64,000 nt of DNA. Source: Candidatus Omnitrophota bacterium (lineage in GTDB: Bacteria; Omnitrophota; Gorgyraeia; Zapsychrales; Zapsychraceae). Of this stretch, positions 63,832 to 64,000 are shown piece by piece (the first letter of the stretch is position 1; every line of letters begins with the position of its first letter). The stretch covers positions 840 to 64,839 of the forward strand of contig JAHJCZ010000097.1 of assembly GCA_018812705.1 (NCBI GenBank), in the 5' to 3' direction. A model generated the notes under the pieces. It had not been told where the DNA came from and made no database searches. It saw nothing but the letters and a program-made list of their open reading frames with translations. A program made the position numbers and the translations under genes.

Positions 63832-64000
63832 TAGTCTTGTTGATAAAAAATGTGATTTTTATCTTATAGTATAGAATTCTACAACTTTCCATCCAATATC
63901 GGTATAGCTTAATTCAAAGACCCACTTACCTTCGGGTAAATTTTCGTTTTTACCAAAATTTGCCATAACGGTTACTTTTGATCGTTTTTTTCCATCTTTT

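Noticed and set aside
63915-63945. TTACC-TTCG-GGTAA hairpin as an ncRNA
   Set aside because: Very short and at the window edge; no context to support a call.

Overview
Bacterial chromosomal window (AT-rich, standard code) centred on the replication origin. Genes run on the minus strand left of about 32 kb (dnaA-dnaN-dciA-gyrB-gyrA) and on the plus strand right of it (rpmH-yidC-jagN-parS-parAB, then translation, Trk, 6S RNA, rny, aminoacyl-tRNA synthetase, Moco and acetate-CoA ligase genes). Gene content and style suggest Ca. Omnitrophota (PVC-related); this is inference, not a marker test. The left 18 kb is an unusual Tad/Flp (type IVc pilus) locus. It contains a PPIase, a SAF-less CpaB, a secretin fused to a TonB C-terminal domain, a CpaE-CpaF fusion ATPase (with a 1-nt frameshift near its end), DUF192, and a 671-aa apparently catalytically dead DDE-transposase-derived HTH protein flanked by shared operator-like boxes. 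These are followed by a c-di-GMP-I-like riboswitch candidate and ten tandem prepilin-like genes. The last of these is a >=1563-aa Cys/Asp-rich TadG-like pilin, missing from the ORF track, that carries a translocator-like hydrophobic hairpin. Also missed or mis-started by the track: rpmH, the ATT-initiated infC, a small lipoprotein, five tRNAs, 6S RNA and two parS sites. rnpA and yidD are absent from their usual position.
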